Shown here: in pieces, positions 62,459 through 64,000 of the stretch
How positions within the stretch are numbered: the stretch's first letter is position 1
Layout of the letters: every line of letters starts with the position of its first letter
Origin: Octopus sinensis
Lineage: Eukaryota
Length of the DNA stretch: 64,000 nt
Assembly: GCF_006345805.1 (NCBI RefSeq)
Contig: NC_043005.1
Location: forward strand, 101,122,001-101,186,000
Reading direction: 5' to 3'
The notes under the pieces: model-generated
Seen by the model: the letters and a program-made list of their open reading frames with translations, nothing else
Databases searched by the model: none
What the model was told of the DNA's origin: nothing
Position numbers and translations under genes: made by a program

Positions 62459-62858
62459 ATAAATTGCTTTTTCTTAAAATCTATTTCATCTCCTTTGACA
62501 ACGCAGTAGCACGGATGAAATAGTGTTTCGTATATGAATTATTTACGACAGTTGTTTTCACTGTTCGATTAATCTTTTTAACTATTCAACCATCAAGTGG
62601 CAACTATTTTCAGACAGATGAACTCAGTCAAGTGTAGTTTCACATGTTGTCTGAAATAGAACAGTGTTTGAAGGAAGGTTTCAACTCGTGAGCTTGTTGG
62701 CAGAAGACAAAATATTTAACCTCACATCTATTTGTCTCATTCAGCTCATACAGAAAATATATTCTTCACACTTCACAGCTGAAATCTTTGCCGACACAGA
62801 GGGGGGAACTGTAAATACTTTCTATTACATATCTAACTGGTGGTGGTGCGTAAAATAC
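62459..62858 (-). pseudogene. 400-nt candidate pseudo-exon (phase 0>1)
   Basis: gtttaag acceptor, VFYAPPPVRYVIESIYSSPLCVGKDFSCEV*RIYFLYELNETNRCEVKYFVFCQQAHELKPSFKHC..KHYFIRATALSKEMK*ILRKSNL, donor GTAAAT. Seven stops (5 TGA, 2 TAG, no TAA), so stop count alone is weak support. Confidence 0.42.
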
Positions 62859-63131
62859 CTTAAACAGTGTCAACAATTGTTAAAAGATGCATCCCAGTTA
62901 ACATTGACTCTTTCACTTGTTTCAGTCATTTGACTGCAGCCATGCTGGAGCACCGCCTTTAGTCGAACAAATGGTCCCCAGGACTTATTCTTTGTAAGCC
63001 ATGTCGCGCACTTATGGTTATGATGCATGTGCCTGGTGTAGCCTTATCAGATGGGTAGTCATAATGGTTATACTGGGCTTCGTATATTTTACTCCAGTGT
63101 CATTTTGATGGCATGCATTGCTCTCTCACTC

Positions 63132-63168
<37 letters not shown>

Positions 63169-64000
63169 GAGACGAAAGACGAAAGAAGCTTCATTCTATC
63201 ATAAGGAAAGCAAAAAATTTGCTAATGATCCCATGCAGGATACCCAAACTGAACAACCCGAGGGAAGTACGGCAACTATTGTTGCAAAGAAGGTGAAAAT
63301 AATGGCAACGAAAAAAGAACATGAGCAATTGGCTGATAGGTGGGAGGAGAAACCTCTGCACGGCAAATATGTGGCCTGCAGCAAACAAGCTGATGTTGAC
63401 TAGAAGCAAACCCATCAGTGGCTATGGAGCTCAGGGCTAAAAGCAGAGAGCGAAGGTTTCATCCTGGCTGCTCAAGATCAAAGCCTATTAACCCGGAACT
63501 ACCAGGCCAATGTGATGAAAAATGGAGCAGACCCAAAATGCCGATTCTGCAACGACATGATTGAAACAGTGGACCACCTAATCTCTGGATGTAAAGTCTT
63601 AGCACCAGTGGAGTATAAATTAAGACATGACAGAGTTGGCCAATATCTACACTGGCTAATAAGTCGGCATTACAATATCAAAACTGCCGACAAGTGGTAT
63701 AATCACTACCCTGAAGCTGTAACTGAAGGAGAAAATGTAACGATTCTGTGGGACTTTCCAGTACATACAGACCGAACCATCAAAGCCAATAAACTGGATA
63801 TTGATGTGAAAGACCAAAACAATAAAGTTTGCTTATTGATCGACATGAGCATCCCCTGTAATCATAATATCTCGGCGAAAGAGTTTGACAAGCTCAGAAA
63901 ATATAAAGACCTGCTTATTGAAATTGAGAAAATGTGGCATCTCAAGGCGGTTACAATACCAGTGATCGTAGGAGCACTAGGAATGATCAAGAAGGGAACC
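63169..64000 (+). mobile_element. 5'-truncated Dong/R4-clade LINE: CCHC zinc knuckle and restriction-like endonuclease (runs off the window)
   Basis: WEEKPLHG..EGFILAAQDQ..CRFCNDMIETVDHLISGC..YKLRHD..ILWDFPVHTDRTIKANKLDI..LIDMSIP..KLRKYKDL..IPVIVGALG; one TAG at 63401; preceded by (AAT)12. Confidence 0.9.

Larger units (their letters stand above)
5330..62858 (-). pseudogene. Large multi-exon unprocessed pseudogene of an unidentified protein (may begin beyond the right edge; 3' end uncertain)
   Basis: Series of AG..GT-bounded segments in non-repeat DNA with protein-like translations. Intron phases match along 43458>38808>37625>35145>34720>30324 and 16818>16357>15330>9810>5874. Contains in-frame stops, about 4 frameshifts and TE/microsatellite insertions. 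No homolog recognised. Confidence 0.62.

Noticed and set aside
5330-62858. Live gene read with an alternative genetic code or fully rescued by RNA editing
   Set aside because: Frameshifts, SINE insertions and a kilobase microsatellite inside exons cannot be fixed by codon reassignment or base editing.

Overview
AT-rich, repeat-dense animal genomic DNA, probably from an octopus or other coleoid cephalopod. That assignment is inferred from the tRNA-derived SINE families, the RTE/Dong LINEs and the very long microsatellites. I found no intact protein-coding gene. Nearly all ORF-track entries are microsatellite or SINE artefacts. The window has at least five SINE families, mariner and hAT transposase relics, piggyBac- and Tc1-type MITEs, three non-autonomous Helitrons, CR1/L2 and RTE fragments, and a Dong/R4 LINE at a (TAA)n site. 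Two things stand out. (1) The unique DNA between the repeats reads, on the minus strand, as a chain of about 19 AG..GT-bounded exons from about 62.9 kb to 5.3 kb. Most are phase-compatible, but they carry in-frame stops, a few frameshifts, SINE insertions and a 1.25 kb (ATA)n expansion inside one exon. This looks like a large unprocessed pseudogene of a protein I cannot identify. (2) Four fold-back elements from three unrelated families carry Penelope-type minimal hammerhead ribozyme motifs, and one couples the motif to a tRNA-like Pol III head. All of this comes from reading by eye, so repeat boundaries are approximate.
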